DNA of 29,483 nucleotides from Bryobacterales bacterium. Its GTDB lineage: Bacteria; Acidobacteriota; Terriglobia; Bryobacterales; Bryobacteraceae. The stretch covers positions 1-29,483 of the forward strand of contig JAYTVY010000710.1 in assembly GCA_043743755.1 (NCBI GenBank). The letters are read 5' to 3'. Both the position numbers and the translations under genes were made by a program. Below the pieces are notes generated by a model. It was given only the letters and a program-made list of their open reading frames with translations. It made no database searches and was not told the origin of the DNA. Positions within the stretch are counted from its first letter, which is position 1. Every line of letters starts with the position of its first letter. Shown one piece after another: positions 7,265-15,397 of this stretch.

Positions 7265-8445
7265 GCCGGCTCGAAGTGTTGATCGTCGGCGGCGGAATGA
7301 TTGTTCACGATCAGCTGCTGCCGTCGTTCTATCAACTCCAGCGCCTGTCGATCGCGGGCGAACCAGGCGTCTGTTCGCAACATGGGCGAACGCTGCAGCG
7401 TTTGCGCGACTCCGAGACTCTGCGGCGTGCTTTTCCCGGCAGCAGCTTCCGCGGCTGGCCCGATTCGGCCGAGGATCCCGGCGTTGCCCACCCGGAATTG
7501 TATCTGAAAGCGATCGCGGGCCTGGCTCCCGGCAGTCTGGTCGCGGTTGCCTTGCCCGATCACCTGCACTTTAACGCCGTGATGACCGCGTTGAAGGCCG
7601 GACAACACGTTCTGGCGGTAAAGCCGCTGGTGCTGCGCGTCGCCGAGGCGGAAGCAATCGAAAAGGAAGCGGCGGCGCGCCATCTTCTGGTGGCCGTCGA
7701 GTATCACAAGCGCTTTGACGATCGAAGTCTGATGGCCCGGCGGAAGTACCGTGAGGGCGCGTTTGGAGAATTCCGCCTTGGAAGCGCTTGCCTCATGGAG
7801 AAGTGGCATTACCGTCACTCTAATTTTCAGAATTGGTGTACCGTCGAGAACTTGGACGCGTTCACCTACATCGGCTGCCACTACGTCGACCTGGTGCACT
7901 TCATCACCGGACTTCAGCCGGCGGCGGTGAGTGTGTACGGAATCCGCGACCGATACCCGAACGGGAATGAGGGCTTCCTGTGGACGGACGCGCGCGTCCT
8001 GTGGAACAACGGCGCGTGTCTGAATGTGCAGAACTCGCTCAGTCTTCCCGATGCCGCGCCCGGATCAAACGCGCAAGGCATGACGCTGTACTGCTCGGGA
8101 GAAGACCGGGGCGGCCTGCTGCGACATTCGGATCAGTACCGCGGCCTCGAATATGTCTTCACAGAATCGCCGGGTTACGTCGAGCCGAGCCCGGACTATT
8201 TCCAATACCTGGATCTAGGTGGCGAGGGGTTGACTCCGGCCGGCTACGGTTACCGGTCCGTAGAGCAGATCGTGCGAGCCTGTCTCCGGGTGAAGCAAGC
8301 GTCCGATCCGGGGGCGGTCTTGCGCGAGATCGATGCGGCTGGGTTGCTGGCGACGCCCGCCAATAGCCGTCATAATGAACGCGTGATCGAGGCCGCGCGG
8401 CGCTCGATCCTCGAGAATGGAAGGGAGGTTCGAATCGAATGCTAG
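7261..8445 (+). CDS. Gfo/Idh/MocA-family NAD(P) oxidoreductase, 394 aa
   Basis: Start ATG 7261 overlaps the aminotransferase stop (ATGA). Rossmann VLIVGGG, then ALPDHLH, HVLAVKP, VEYHKRFD and HYVD. Confidence 0.88.
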   Translation: MSRLEVLIVGGGMIVHDQLLPSFYQLQRLSIAGEPGVCSQHGRTLQRLRDSETLRRAFPGSSFRGWPDSAEDPGVAHPELYLKAIAGLAPGSLVAVALPDHLHFNAVMTALKAGQHVLAVKPLVLRVAEAEAIEKEAAARHLLVAVEYHKRFDDRSLMARRKYREGAFGEFRLGSACLMEKWHYRHSNFQNWCTVENLDAFTYIGCHYVDLVHFITGLQPAAVSVYGIRDRYPNGNEGFLWTDARVLWNNGACLNVQNSLSLPDAAPGSNAQGMTLYCSGEDRGGLLRHSDQYRGLEYVFTESPGYVEPSPDYFQYLDLGGEGLTPAGYGYRSVEQIVRACLRVKQASDPGAVLREIDAAGLLATPANSRHNERVIEAARRSILENGREVRIEC

Positions 8446-8792
8446 TACCAGCAGTCCGGCGGATCCTGGCAGTGTTTGGGCTCGCGGTGATTGCCCTGGC
8501 CGGCGGTCCGGGTTTTCGCAGCCGTGCGCAGTTCGACCAGCATTTCCAAAAACACGGGTCCGAATTCGGAAGCATCGGCCAGCAGGAATATCTGCGGCTG
8601 GCGCAAGAACTGCGCGATGCGCCCGTGGGCGGCCCGATTCTGGAGCTCAAACGCGAGGACGGCCAGTTCAGCCGCTTTGACCGGCGGCACAAATACTTCG
8701 GCGCTTACAATCCCGATCGCACCATTCGCACCTTCTTCATCCCCAACGACGGCGAGCGCTACTTCCAGCGCCAGGCCCGGACGCATCGATGA
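8439..8792 (+). CDS. Small secreted protein, colicin-D/BECR-like putative RNase domain, 117 aa
   Basis: Sec-type signal (MLVPAVRRILAVFGLAVIALA), then FDQHFQKHGSEFG..EY..A..REDG..FD..YNPDRTIRTFFIPNDGERYFQRQ. It overlaps both neighbouring genes. Function is inferred from motif resemblance only. Confidence 0.65.
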   Translation: MLVPAVRRILAVFGLAVIALAGGPGFRSRAQFDQHFQKHGSEFGSIGQQEYLRLAQELRDAPVGGPILELKREDGQFSRFDRRHKYFGAYNPDRTIRTFFIPNDGERYFQRQARTHR

Positions 8793-9148
8793 CCGGCGCC
8801 GAACTGGAACAGTACCTTAGCCAAAACGGCTATCCCGAACACTTAGTTCGCGCGGGAAAGGCTGGATTGATCCAGCGCTGGCGCAAGTTTGTAGAAGAGG
8901 TTGAGCACGGCTATAAATTGGGCCTGGAAGACTACCGGAACGACCTCGATCTGCGGGCCATCATCGCTCTGGCAGGGCTCGATCAAGATGTCCTGGAGCT
9001 TGATCGCAAATTCGAAGCCATGTTAACCGCCCGCGAAGTGCGAATCTGGGAAAGCGCTGCCGGAGACGCTTTTTGGGACTTTGGATACCCTCGAAACGCC
9101 AGCGGTGAATTGCTAGAAAGCCTTAAAGAAGAAGGACTTGTTCCATAA
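8789..9148 (+). CDS. Hypothetical acidic cytoplasmic protein, 119 aa (candidate inhibitor/immunity protein)
   Basis: ATGA overlap with the upstream gene; helical W..FVEEVEHGY..EDYRNDLDLR and FWDFGYP segments; no signal peptide. Confidence 0.7.
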   Translation: MTGAELEQYLSQNGYPEHLVRAGKAGLIQRWRKFVEEVEHGYKLGLEDYRNDLDLRAIIALAGLDQDVLELDRKFEAMLTAREVRIWESAAGDAFWDFGYPRNASGELLESLKEEGLVP

Positions 9149-9163
9149 TCACCCAATTCTCCA

Positions 9164-9192
9164 TGGACAATCAGTAGATTACATGATACTCT
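9164..9192 (+). promoter_or_regulatory. Candidate sigma70 promoter of cysD (extended -10)
   Basis: TGGACA (9164-9169), 17 nt, then TACTCT (9187-9192) preceded by TGn. ATG 9200 lies 7 nt downstream and no Shine-Dalgarno is visible. Confidence 0.5.
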
Positions 9193-9199
9193 GGTGGCA

Positions 9200-10102
9200 A
9201 TGCTTCGATTGAACCATCTGGCGGCGCTCGAAGCCGAAAGCATCCACGTGTTGCGCGAGGTGGCCAGCGAATTCCAGCGGCCGGTCCTCCTGTACTCCAT
9301 CGGCAAGGACTCCTCGGTTCTTCTCAGGCTGTGCCAAAAGGCGTTTTATCCGGCTCCCGTTCCGTTTCCCCTCCTGCATGTCGATACCACCTACAAGTTC
9401 AAGGAGATGATCGAGTTTCGCGATAGTTACACTCGCGAGCTAGGGCTGAAATTGATTGTCCATACCAACGGGGAAGCCATCGAGGACGGCGCCAACCCAT
9501 TCAGGCTGGGCACCCAGCGCTGCTGTGGCCTGTTGAAAACTCAAGCCCTGCTGGACGGCTTGCGCGCGGGTGGATTCGACGCGGCCATTGGCGGAGCCCG
9601 ACGCGATGAAGAGAAATCGCGCGCCAAGGAACGCATCTTTTCCTTCCGGGACGCGCGCGGGCAATGGGATCCCAAGAACCAGCGGCCGGAGTTGTGGAAC
9701 CTGTACAACCCGCGCATCGATCCGGGCGAGAGCTTGCGCGTATTTCCCCTGTCGAACTGGACCGAGCTGGATATCTGGCAGTACATTCACGTGGAACGCA
9801 TTCCCATCGTTCCGCTGTACTTCGCACAGGAGCGGCCGATGCTGGTGCGGGGCGATTCGCTGATTATGCTGGAGCAGCCGTTCGTGCCCATGCTGCCCGG
9901 CGAGAAGCCGCAAATGGTGCGCTGCCGGATGCGCTCGCTCGGGTGCAGTCCTTGTACCGGCGCCATCCGGTCCGCTGCCGATACGGTCCCGAAGATCATC
10001 GAAGAGCTGATTTCGTTCCGGCGCTCGGAGCGCGAGAACCGCATCATCGATCATGATCAGGATGGCTCGATGGAAATGAAGAAGCGGGAGGGCTATTTTT
10101 AA
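9200..10102 (+). CDS. cysD: Sulfate adenylyltransferase subunit 2
   Basis: [66 protein letters not shown] and [13 protein letters not shown] 9194 is an alternative start. Confidence 0.97.
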   Translation: MLRLNHLAALEAESIHVLREVASEFQRPVLLYSIGKDSSVLLRLCQKAFYPAPVPFPLLHVDTTYKFKEMIEFRDSYTRELGLKLIVHTNGEAIEDGANPFRLGTQRCCGLLKTQALLDGLRAGGFDAAIGGARRDEEKSRAKERIFSFRDARGQWDPKNQRPELWNLYNPRIDPGESLRVFPLSNWTELDIWQYIHVERIPIVPLYFAQERPMLVRGDSLIMLEQPFVPMLPGEKPQMVRCRMRSLGCSPCTGAIRSAADTVPKIIEELISFRRSERENRIIDHDQDGSMEMKKREGYF

Positions 10103-11758
10103 ATGGTAGCCACCGTGACGGAACGTTTCTTCGATATCGAAGGCTTTCTCGAGCGCGAATACGCGAAGGACTTGCTGCGTTTTACGACGGCAGGCAGCGT
10201 GGACGACGGCAAATCTACTCTGATCGGCCGGCTGCTCTACGATTCTCGCAACGTTTATGAAGATCAAATCCAGAGCGTCACCAAAGCTTCGGTAAACCTT
10301 TCGGCCGGCCCCATCGATTTTTCGCTGCTCACCGACGGACTGCGCGCGGAACGGGAACAGGGGATCACCATCGATGTGGCGTATCGCTATTTCGCCACCG
10401 CGAAACGCAAGTTCATCATCGCCGACACGCCGGGCCACGAGCAGTACACGCGCAACATGGCCACCGGCGCGTCTACCGCGGATCTGGCCATCATTCTCAT
10501 CGATGCGCGCAACGGAGTGCTGCGGCAATCGCGGCGGCACGCCTATATCGCGTCGCTCCTCGGTATCCCGCAAATTGTAGTTGCCATCAACAAGATGGAT
10601 CTGATGGATTATCGCGAAGACGTCTTCGCGTCTATCCAGACCGAGTTCCTGGAGTTTTTGGGTCATCTCAGCCTGCGCCATGCCTGGTTCCTGCCCATCA
10701 GCGCCCTCAATGGCGACAACGTAGTCGATCCCAGCCGCAATATGCCCTGGTTCAGCGGTCCCAGTCTGCTGGAGTATCTGGAGACCGTTCGTATCGAGCA
10801 TGAAGGCCCGGCGCCGTTTCGTTTTCCGGTGCAGCGAGTGGTTCGTCCCGACCAGGATTTTCGCGGCTACGCGGGTCAGATCGCTTCCGGCGTGGTGCGG
10901 CCGGGCGACGCCGTGGTCGTGCTGCCGTCCGGCCGCAAGACGCGCATCGAAAGCATTGTCACCTTTGACGGCAAGCTGGATGAGGCGCAGGGTCCCATGC
11001 CGGTCACCGTGACGCTGGAGGATGAGATCGATATCAGCCGCGGCGACCTGATCGCCTCCGCGTCCGAACCTCCGCAAGCCGCGCGCCTTTTCGAAGCCGA
11101 CATTGTCTGGATGAGCGAGCAGCCCCTGGACCCCTCGCGCACCTATCTGCTGAAACACACCACGCAAACCGTAGCGGCGGAGATCAAGGCTCTGCGCTAC
11201 GCGGTGAATATTCAGACGCTGGAGCACGAGCCCGCCGAGTTCCTCGACATGAATGGCATAGGCGTGCTGCGCATCCAAACCGCGCGGCCCATCTTTTTCG
11301 ATTCTTACCGCCGCAATCGAAATACCGGCTGTTTTATCTTGATCGATCCGGTGACCAATACCACCGCCGGCGCGGGAATGATCCGCAACGCCGTCACGCT
11401 GAATCGCCAGCGCTCCTCAGCCGCCAGCGCTGAAGCGGGACCGGTAACCGCCGCCGAGCGGATGGGCCGCTACCGGCATGCGGGAGTTATCCTGCGACTA
11501 GGCCGCCGCGCGGAGGTCGCAGCGCTCCTCGAACGCCGGCTCTTCGATCGTGGCTGCGCCGTGGTGCTGCTGCCATCCGAAGACGAAACCGCGGCCCAGA
11601 CTCTGGAAAATGCCGGCCTGATCGTACTGATGTCCGGCGATGAAGACGTGGCGCTTCCCAAGAGCGACCATATTGCCGCCGGCGTCCTCTATCAGCAACT
11701 GGAAGAGTCCGGCATTCTGCTTCCGGAAGAAAACCTTACCGGCGGCGGAGGAATCTAG
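10103..11758 (+). CDS. cysN: Sulfate adenylyltransferase subunit 1 (GTPase) with an eroded APS-kinase-like tail
   Basis: LLRFTTAGSVDDGKSTLIGRLL, EREQGITIDVAY, IADTPGHEQYTRNM, AINKMD, PISALNGDN and TAGAGMI; the C-terminal roughly 105 aa lack a P-loop. Confidence 0.95.
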   Translation: MVATVTERFFDIEGFLEREYAKDLLRFTTAGSVDDGKSTLIGRLLYDSRNVYEDQIQSVTKASVNLSAGPIDFSLLTDGLRAEREQGITIDVAYRYFATAKRKFIIADTPGHEQYTRNMATGASTADLAIILIDARNGVLRQSRRHAYIASLLGIPQIVVAINKMDLMDYREDVFASIQTEFLEFLGHLSLRHAWFLPISALNGDNVVDPSRNMPWFSGPSLLEYLETVRIEHEGPAPFRFPVQRVVRPDQDFRGYAGQIASGVVRPGDAVVVLPSGRKTRIESIVTFDGKLDEAQGPMPVTVTLEDEIDISRGDLIASASEPPQAARLFEADIVWMSEQPLDPSRTYLLKHTTQTVAAEIKALRYAVNIQTLEHEPAEFLDMNGIGVLRIQTARPIFFDSYRRNRNTGCFILIDPVTNTTAGAGMIRNAVTLNRQRSSAASAEAGPVTAAERMGRYRHAGVILRLGRRAEVAALLERRLFDRGCAVVLLPSEDETAAQTLENAGLIVLMSGDEDVALPKSDHIAAGVLYQQLEESGILLPEENLTGGGGI

Positions 11759-11759
11759 A

Positions 11760-12425
11760 ATGTCCCTCGAAGTGAAAGTGGGGGCGGCGCGCGGCTTGAT
11801 CCGCGAGATCCTGGCGCAACCCGGCGCGGTCTGCGTTACCTCCAGCTTTCAGGTGGAATGCATGGCTCTGGTGGATCTGGTTACCGCGGAGCGCGCCGAC
11901 ACCCCCATTCTGTTTCTCGATACGGGCTACCATTTCCCGGAAACATATGCCTATCGGGATGAAATGGCGGAGCGCATGAAGCTCAACTTGAAAAACCTGG
12001 TTCCCACGCTTACCGTGATCCAGCAGGAACGCGAGTTCGGGATTTTGTATGAGAACGCCCCCGACCGCTGCTGCGGGATGCGCAAGGTGGAGCCTCTGTT
12101 CGCCGGCCTCGCTCCTTACGACACATGGTTCACGGCGCTGCGCCGCGATCAATCGCCCACGCGCGCCAACCTTCAGGAAGTGGACACGTTCCGGCTGCCG
12201 GCGGGCAAGGAGCTGCGCAAGATCAGCCCATTGGCCGGTTGGACCGCCGCGGACGTGTGGGCGTATTTGAAACTACGCGGGATTCCCGCACTCCCGCTTT
12301 ACGATCGGGGTTACACCAGCATCGGATGCGCTCCGTGCACCCAGCCTCCACCGGATCCTGACAATCCCCGCTCGGGCCGTTGGTCCGGACAAAAGCTGGA
12401 ATGCGGCATCCACATATCGAGTTGA
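11760..12425 (+). CDS. cysH: APS/PAPS reductase, Fe-S (APS-reductase) type, 221 aa
   Basis: TSSFQ, FLDTGYHFPET, DRCCGMRKVEP, RRDQSPTR, YDRGYTSIGCAPCT, RSGRW and ECGIH. ATG 11760 follows the cysN stop. Confidence 0.93.
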   Translation: MSLEVKVGAARGLIREILAQPGAVCVTSSFQVECMALVDLVTAERADTPILFLDTGYHFPETYAYRDEMAERMKLNLKNLVPTLTVIQQEREFGILYENAPDRCCGMRKVEPLFAGLAPYDTWFTALRRDQSPTRANLQEVDTFRLPAGKELRKISPLAGWTAADVWAYLKLRGIPALPLYDRGYTSIGCAPCTQPPPDPDNPRSGRWSGQKLECGIHISS

Positions 12426-12429
12426 TGCG

Positions 12430-13182
12430 ATGGAGTTTGTAACCGGATTCCTGATTGCGTTGGCCATCGGGCTCACGGGCGTAGGCGGCGGCACCATCAC
12501 CGCCCCCGTGCTGATGCTCTTTTTCGGCCTGCCGCCCGCCCAGGCGGTGGGTACCGCACTGACGTTTACAGCCGCGGTAAAACTGCTGGCAGCGCCCCTG
12601 CATCTGTATCGCGGACACGTGAATTTCCGGGTGCTGGGGTACCTTCTGCTTGGAGGATTGCCGGGAGTGCTGGCCGGATCTCTGCTGCTGGACCGGATGA
12701 CCACCACCAACAGAAACGGATTGCTGCCCGCCGTGCTCGGCGCAACTATCGCGATTACCGCCCTAATTAACCTGTATCGAATGACTCGTCCCGCAGCCCC
12801 GCGGCCGGAAAGGGACCGGTCGGGCTGGCTGGCGGCCCTGGCACTCCCTATCGGCGCCGAGGTCGGGTTTTCCTCCGCTGGCGCCGGAGCTTTGGGTACA
12901 CTCGCGCTCTTCTCGCTCACCTCGCTGACCGCCGCGCAAGTGGTGGGAACGGATCTCACGTTCGGACTGGCGCTATCGCTGGTTGGCGGCGGGATCCAGT
13001 TCACTGCCGGGAATTACAGCGGCGCGATGCTGGCGAAGCTGATCGCCGGAGGTTTGGCCGGTGCGCTGGTGGGTACGCATCTGGCGGGCGTGCTCCCGGC
13101 ACGCGCGTTGCGCGCAGCCGTCTGCGTCTGGCTGGTCACCCTGGGCGGCCAGTTATGCTGGACCGGAGTGCGCCACTGGTAA
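12430..13182 (+). CDS. TauE/SafE-family sulfite exporter, 250 aa
   Basis: GLTGVGGG...P, AVGTAL, GFSSAGAG and VGTDL two-repeat membrane pattern; located directly after cysH. Confidence 0.88.
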   Translation: MEFVTGFLIALAIGLTGVGGGTITAPVLMLFFGLPPAQAVGTALTFTAAVKLLAAPLHLYRGHVNFRVLGYLLLGGLPGVLAGSLLLDRMTTTNRNGLLPAVLGATIAITALINLYRMTRPAAPRPERDRSGWLAALALPIGAEVGFSSAGAGALGTLALFSLTSLTAAQVVGTDLTFGLALSLVGGGIQFTAGNYSGAMLAKLIAGGLAGALVGTHLAGVLPARALRAAVCVWLVTLGGQLCWTGVRHW

Positions 13183-13191
13183 CCCGCCTCC

Positions 13192-13221
13192 TTGACTTTA
13201 GCCTCGTGAGTATTTTACTGT
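13192..13221 (+). promoter_or_regulatory. Candidate sigma70 promoter of the anti-sigma pair
   Basis: TTGACT (13192-13197), 18 nt, TACTGT (13216-13221) in an AT-richer intergenic gap. Confidence 0.35.
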
Positions 13222-13263
13222 AAACATTCGACTTGGCCACGCTGCGGCCCGGCCCCTCGAACT

Positions 13264-13707
13264 ATGGCAGAAAACCAGAGCGGCGAGATCCAAAGCGTGG
13301 ATACGATGCTGGACTCCACGCTGGACAGCGTCGACGCCGCCGAAAGAGAAGTATTGCGGGTGGCCATGGAGATCGGATTTCCCGAGGATGATCTGCATCA
13401 GATCGGGATGGCGATCCGCGAGTCCATGGTGAACGCGGTGGTTCACGGGAATCGGTATAACGCCCGCAAGAAAGTGCATCTGGCGGTTTCAAAAGCGCCG
13501 GATCATCTGACGGTGGTGATCGCCGATGAGGGAGAGGGTTTCGATTTGAATACGCTGCCGGATCCGCTGGCGGAAGAGAATCTGCTTCGGCAGTCCGGCC
13601 GCGGGCTGCTGCTGATTCAGGCGTTCGTGGATGAGTTCATCGTCCGTCGCCGCCAGCCCTCGGGTACGGAAGTGCGCATGGTGAAATACTTGGCCAAGGC
13701 CAGTTGA
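13264..13707 (+). CDS. RsbW/SpoIIAB-like anti-sigma factor / Ser kinase (HATPase_c)
   Basis: AIRESMVNAVVHGN (N-box), IADEGEGFD (G1) and SGRGLLLI (G2). Confidence 0.92.
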   Translation: MAENQSGEIQSVDTMLDSTLDSVDAAEREVLRVAMEIGFPEDDLHQIGMAIRESMVNAVVHGNRYNARKKVHLAVSKAPDHLTVVIADEGEGFDLNTLPDPLAEENLLRQSGRGLLLIQAFVDEFIVRRRQPSGTEVRMVKYLAKAS

Positions 13708-13739
13708 CGGATATAGAGAGATAGCAAGGAGGTTCTAGA

Positions 13740-14084
13740 GTGAGCGTAAAATTGAGCACGCGTCAGGTTGGCGGTATAACGGTGATCGACGCTTCCGGGC
13801 GAATTACACTGGGCGAGGGCGCCAGCGCGTTCCGCGATCTGATCCGCGATTTGGCCGCCAAGGGCGACAAGAAGATTTTGCTCAACCTGAGCGACGTCAC
13901 CTACATTGACAGCTCGGGAATCGGCGAGATGGTCTCCGGCTACACCACTGTGACGAACCACGGAGGCGTGTTGAAGCTGCTGGGATTGAACAAGCGCGTC
14001 AAGGACCTTCTGCAGATCACCAAGCTATACACGGTGTTCGAAGTGCACGAAGACGAAGCCAGCGCCGTCCGCAGTTTCGCCTAG
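13740..14084 (+). CDS. RsbV/SpoIIAA-like STAS anti-anti-sigma factor
   Basis: GTG start with AGGAGG at 13727-13732; LNLSDVTYIDSSGIGEMV carries the phospho-acceptor DSSG. Confidence 0.93.
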   Translation: MSVKLSTRQVGGITVIDASGRITLGEGASAFRDLIRDLAAKGDKKILLNLSDVTYIDSSGIGEMVSGYTTVTNHGGVLKLLGLNKRVKDLLQITKLYTVFEVHEDEASAVRSFA

Positions 14085-14260
14085 CCGCGCAAGGGATCCG
14101 CCGGAAACGACGGCGGCGTCAACTGCCGGTGGAAGCATCGCCGGCAGCTCCGGCACCGGTAAGGCGCCAGCAGGAACCGGCGCAGCACGCGTTCCAGCAG
14201 ACCCTCGCGCTTCAAACGACGAACGTCTCTTGACCCGCAACCGGGGCATTTCAGATCCAT
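14081..14260 (-). CDS. Small Zn-ribbon protein, 59 aa
   Basis: MDLKCPGCGSRDVRR...APYRCRSCRRCF has two CxxC pairs and fills an otherwise empty gap. GTG 14272 is an alternative start. Confidence 0.6.
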   Translation of the reverse strand: MDLKCPGCGSRDVRRLKREGLLERVLRRFLLAPYRCRSCRRCFHRQLTPPSFPADPLRG

Positions 14261-14323
14261 ATCTCGCCACACATATATAAGACCGGCGAGCGCCTCATTT
14301 TTCTCAATCTTTCTGCAAGCCGT

Positions 14324-15394
14324 CTACGGCTCCAGCATGATGCCGGCTATCGTTTGAGCCAGCGCGCCCGCTGGCGCTCCTTCGCGGTTCATCATCACCG
14401 CCACCGCCAGTCCCTGGTCGGGAAACAGCAGCAGCATGGTGGAAGTCCCCTGCTGGCCGCCGGAGTGGGCAGCCATTCTCAGCTCTTTAAACGTGGACAC
14501 TCCCCATCCCATTCCGTATGGACTGCTCTTCCCATCGCGCAGCGTTTGCGCCGTGAACATCATCCGCGTGGATTCGGATTTCACCAGCTTGCCCGAGTTC
14601 AGCGCCAAGGCAAACCGCACCAGATCGCCGGCCGTCGAAATCAAGCCGCCGCCCGGCACTTTATTACTGGTATCGGCAAGGCCGCAGTTACGGATCTGTT
14701 TATCCGCCGTCAACTCGTAACCGCGCGAGCGGTGCGGGATGATCGCGTACCCGTCGTCCAGCCCGATGGAATGCATTCCCGCCGGTTCGAAAATGTTCTC
14801 TCGCAAGTAATCCTCGAACGGCTTTCCCGAAACCATCTCCACCGCCGCGCCCAGCAGGTTGAAACCGTAGGTGGTGTAAGAAAACTGTGTTCCCGGCTCG
14901 AACTTCAGCGGATCGTCCTGAAAAATCTTCAGCGGTTCCACGCGATTCAGGTAGTGCCGGGTGCTGGCCACTTCTTCATCGCTGGCATAATGTCGAATGC
15001 CGCTGAGATGCCCCAGCAGCAGCCGCACGGTCACCGGCCACTGCTTTTGCGGGAAGGTTGGAACGTATTTCTGAATGGGCGCATCCAGCTCCATCTTGCC
15101 TCGCTCCACCAGTTGCATCACGGCGGTCGCTGTAATGGGCTTCGTGATGGACGCCAGGCGAATTCGCGTCTGGGCCGTCGCCGGCACCATATTCTCCAGA
15201 TCCGCCATGCCGAACCCGTTATCCCAATACAATCCTTCCGCCGAGCCGATCGCCACCGTCACTCCGGGTACGCTGGCCTCCGACATCTGGCGCGAAACCG
15301 CGTCGCCAATCTTGCCGGCCTGTCCAGGAGTCAGCTGCTGGGCGGACCAACACAGCGAGCTGATAGCCAATAAGAGAAACACTCGGAATCGCAT
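14324..15394 (-). CDS. Secreted serine hydrolase, beta-lactamase/AmpC-like family, 356 aa
   Basis: Signal peptide MRFRVFLLLAISSLCWSA; SxxK (ASITK), LLGHLSG, FEPGTQFSYTTYG, GGLIST and HSGG. The ORF-track extension to 15916 is antisense to the PRT gene. Confidence 0.92.
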   Translation of the reverse strand: MRFRVFLLLAISSLCWSAQQLTPGQAGKIGDAVSRQMSEASVPGVTVAIGSAEGLYWDNGFGMADLENMVPATAQTRIRLASITKPITATAVMQLVERGKMELDAPIQKYVPTFPQKQWPVTVRLLLGHLSGIRHYASDEEVASTRHYLNRVEPLKIFQDDPLKFEPGTQFSYTTYGFNLLGAAVEMVSGKPFEDYLRENIFEPAGMHSIGLDDGYAIIPHRSRGYELTADKQIRNCGLADTSNKVPGGGLISTAGDLVRFALALNSGKLVKSESTRMMFTAQTLRDGKSSPYGMGWGVSTFKELRMAAHSGGQQGTSTMLLLFPDQGLAVAVMMNREGAPAGALAQTIAGIMLEP

Positions 15395-15397
15395 GCA

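Noticed and set aside
8422-8440. GGTTCGAATC resembling a tRNA T-loop
   Set aside because: The flanks do not pair into a T-stem, and it lies within the oxidoreductase's last codons.
9440-11278. 612-aa minus-strand ORF
   Set aside because: It is antisense to cysD/cysN with no motifs; a typical long shadow frame in GC-rich DNA.
5894-13182. One sulfonate (taurine-type) catabolic operon formed by the aminotransferase, oxidoreductase, cys genes and TauE
   Set aside because: A separate candidate promoter precedes cysD, no sulfonate-specific enzymes (Xsc, TauD, Pta) are present, and TauE is commonly found beside cysH.
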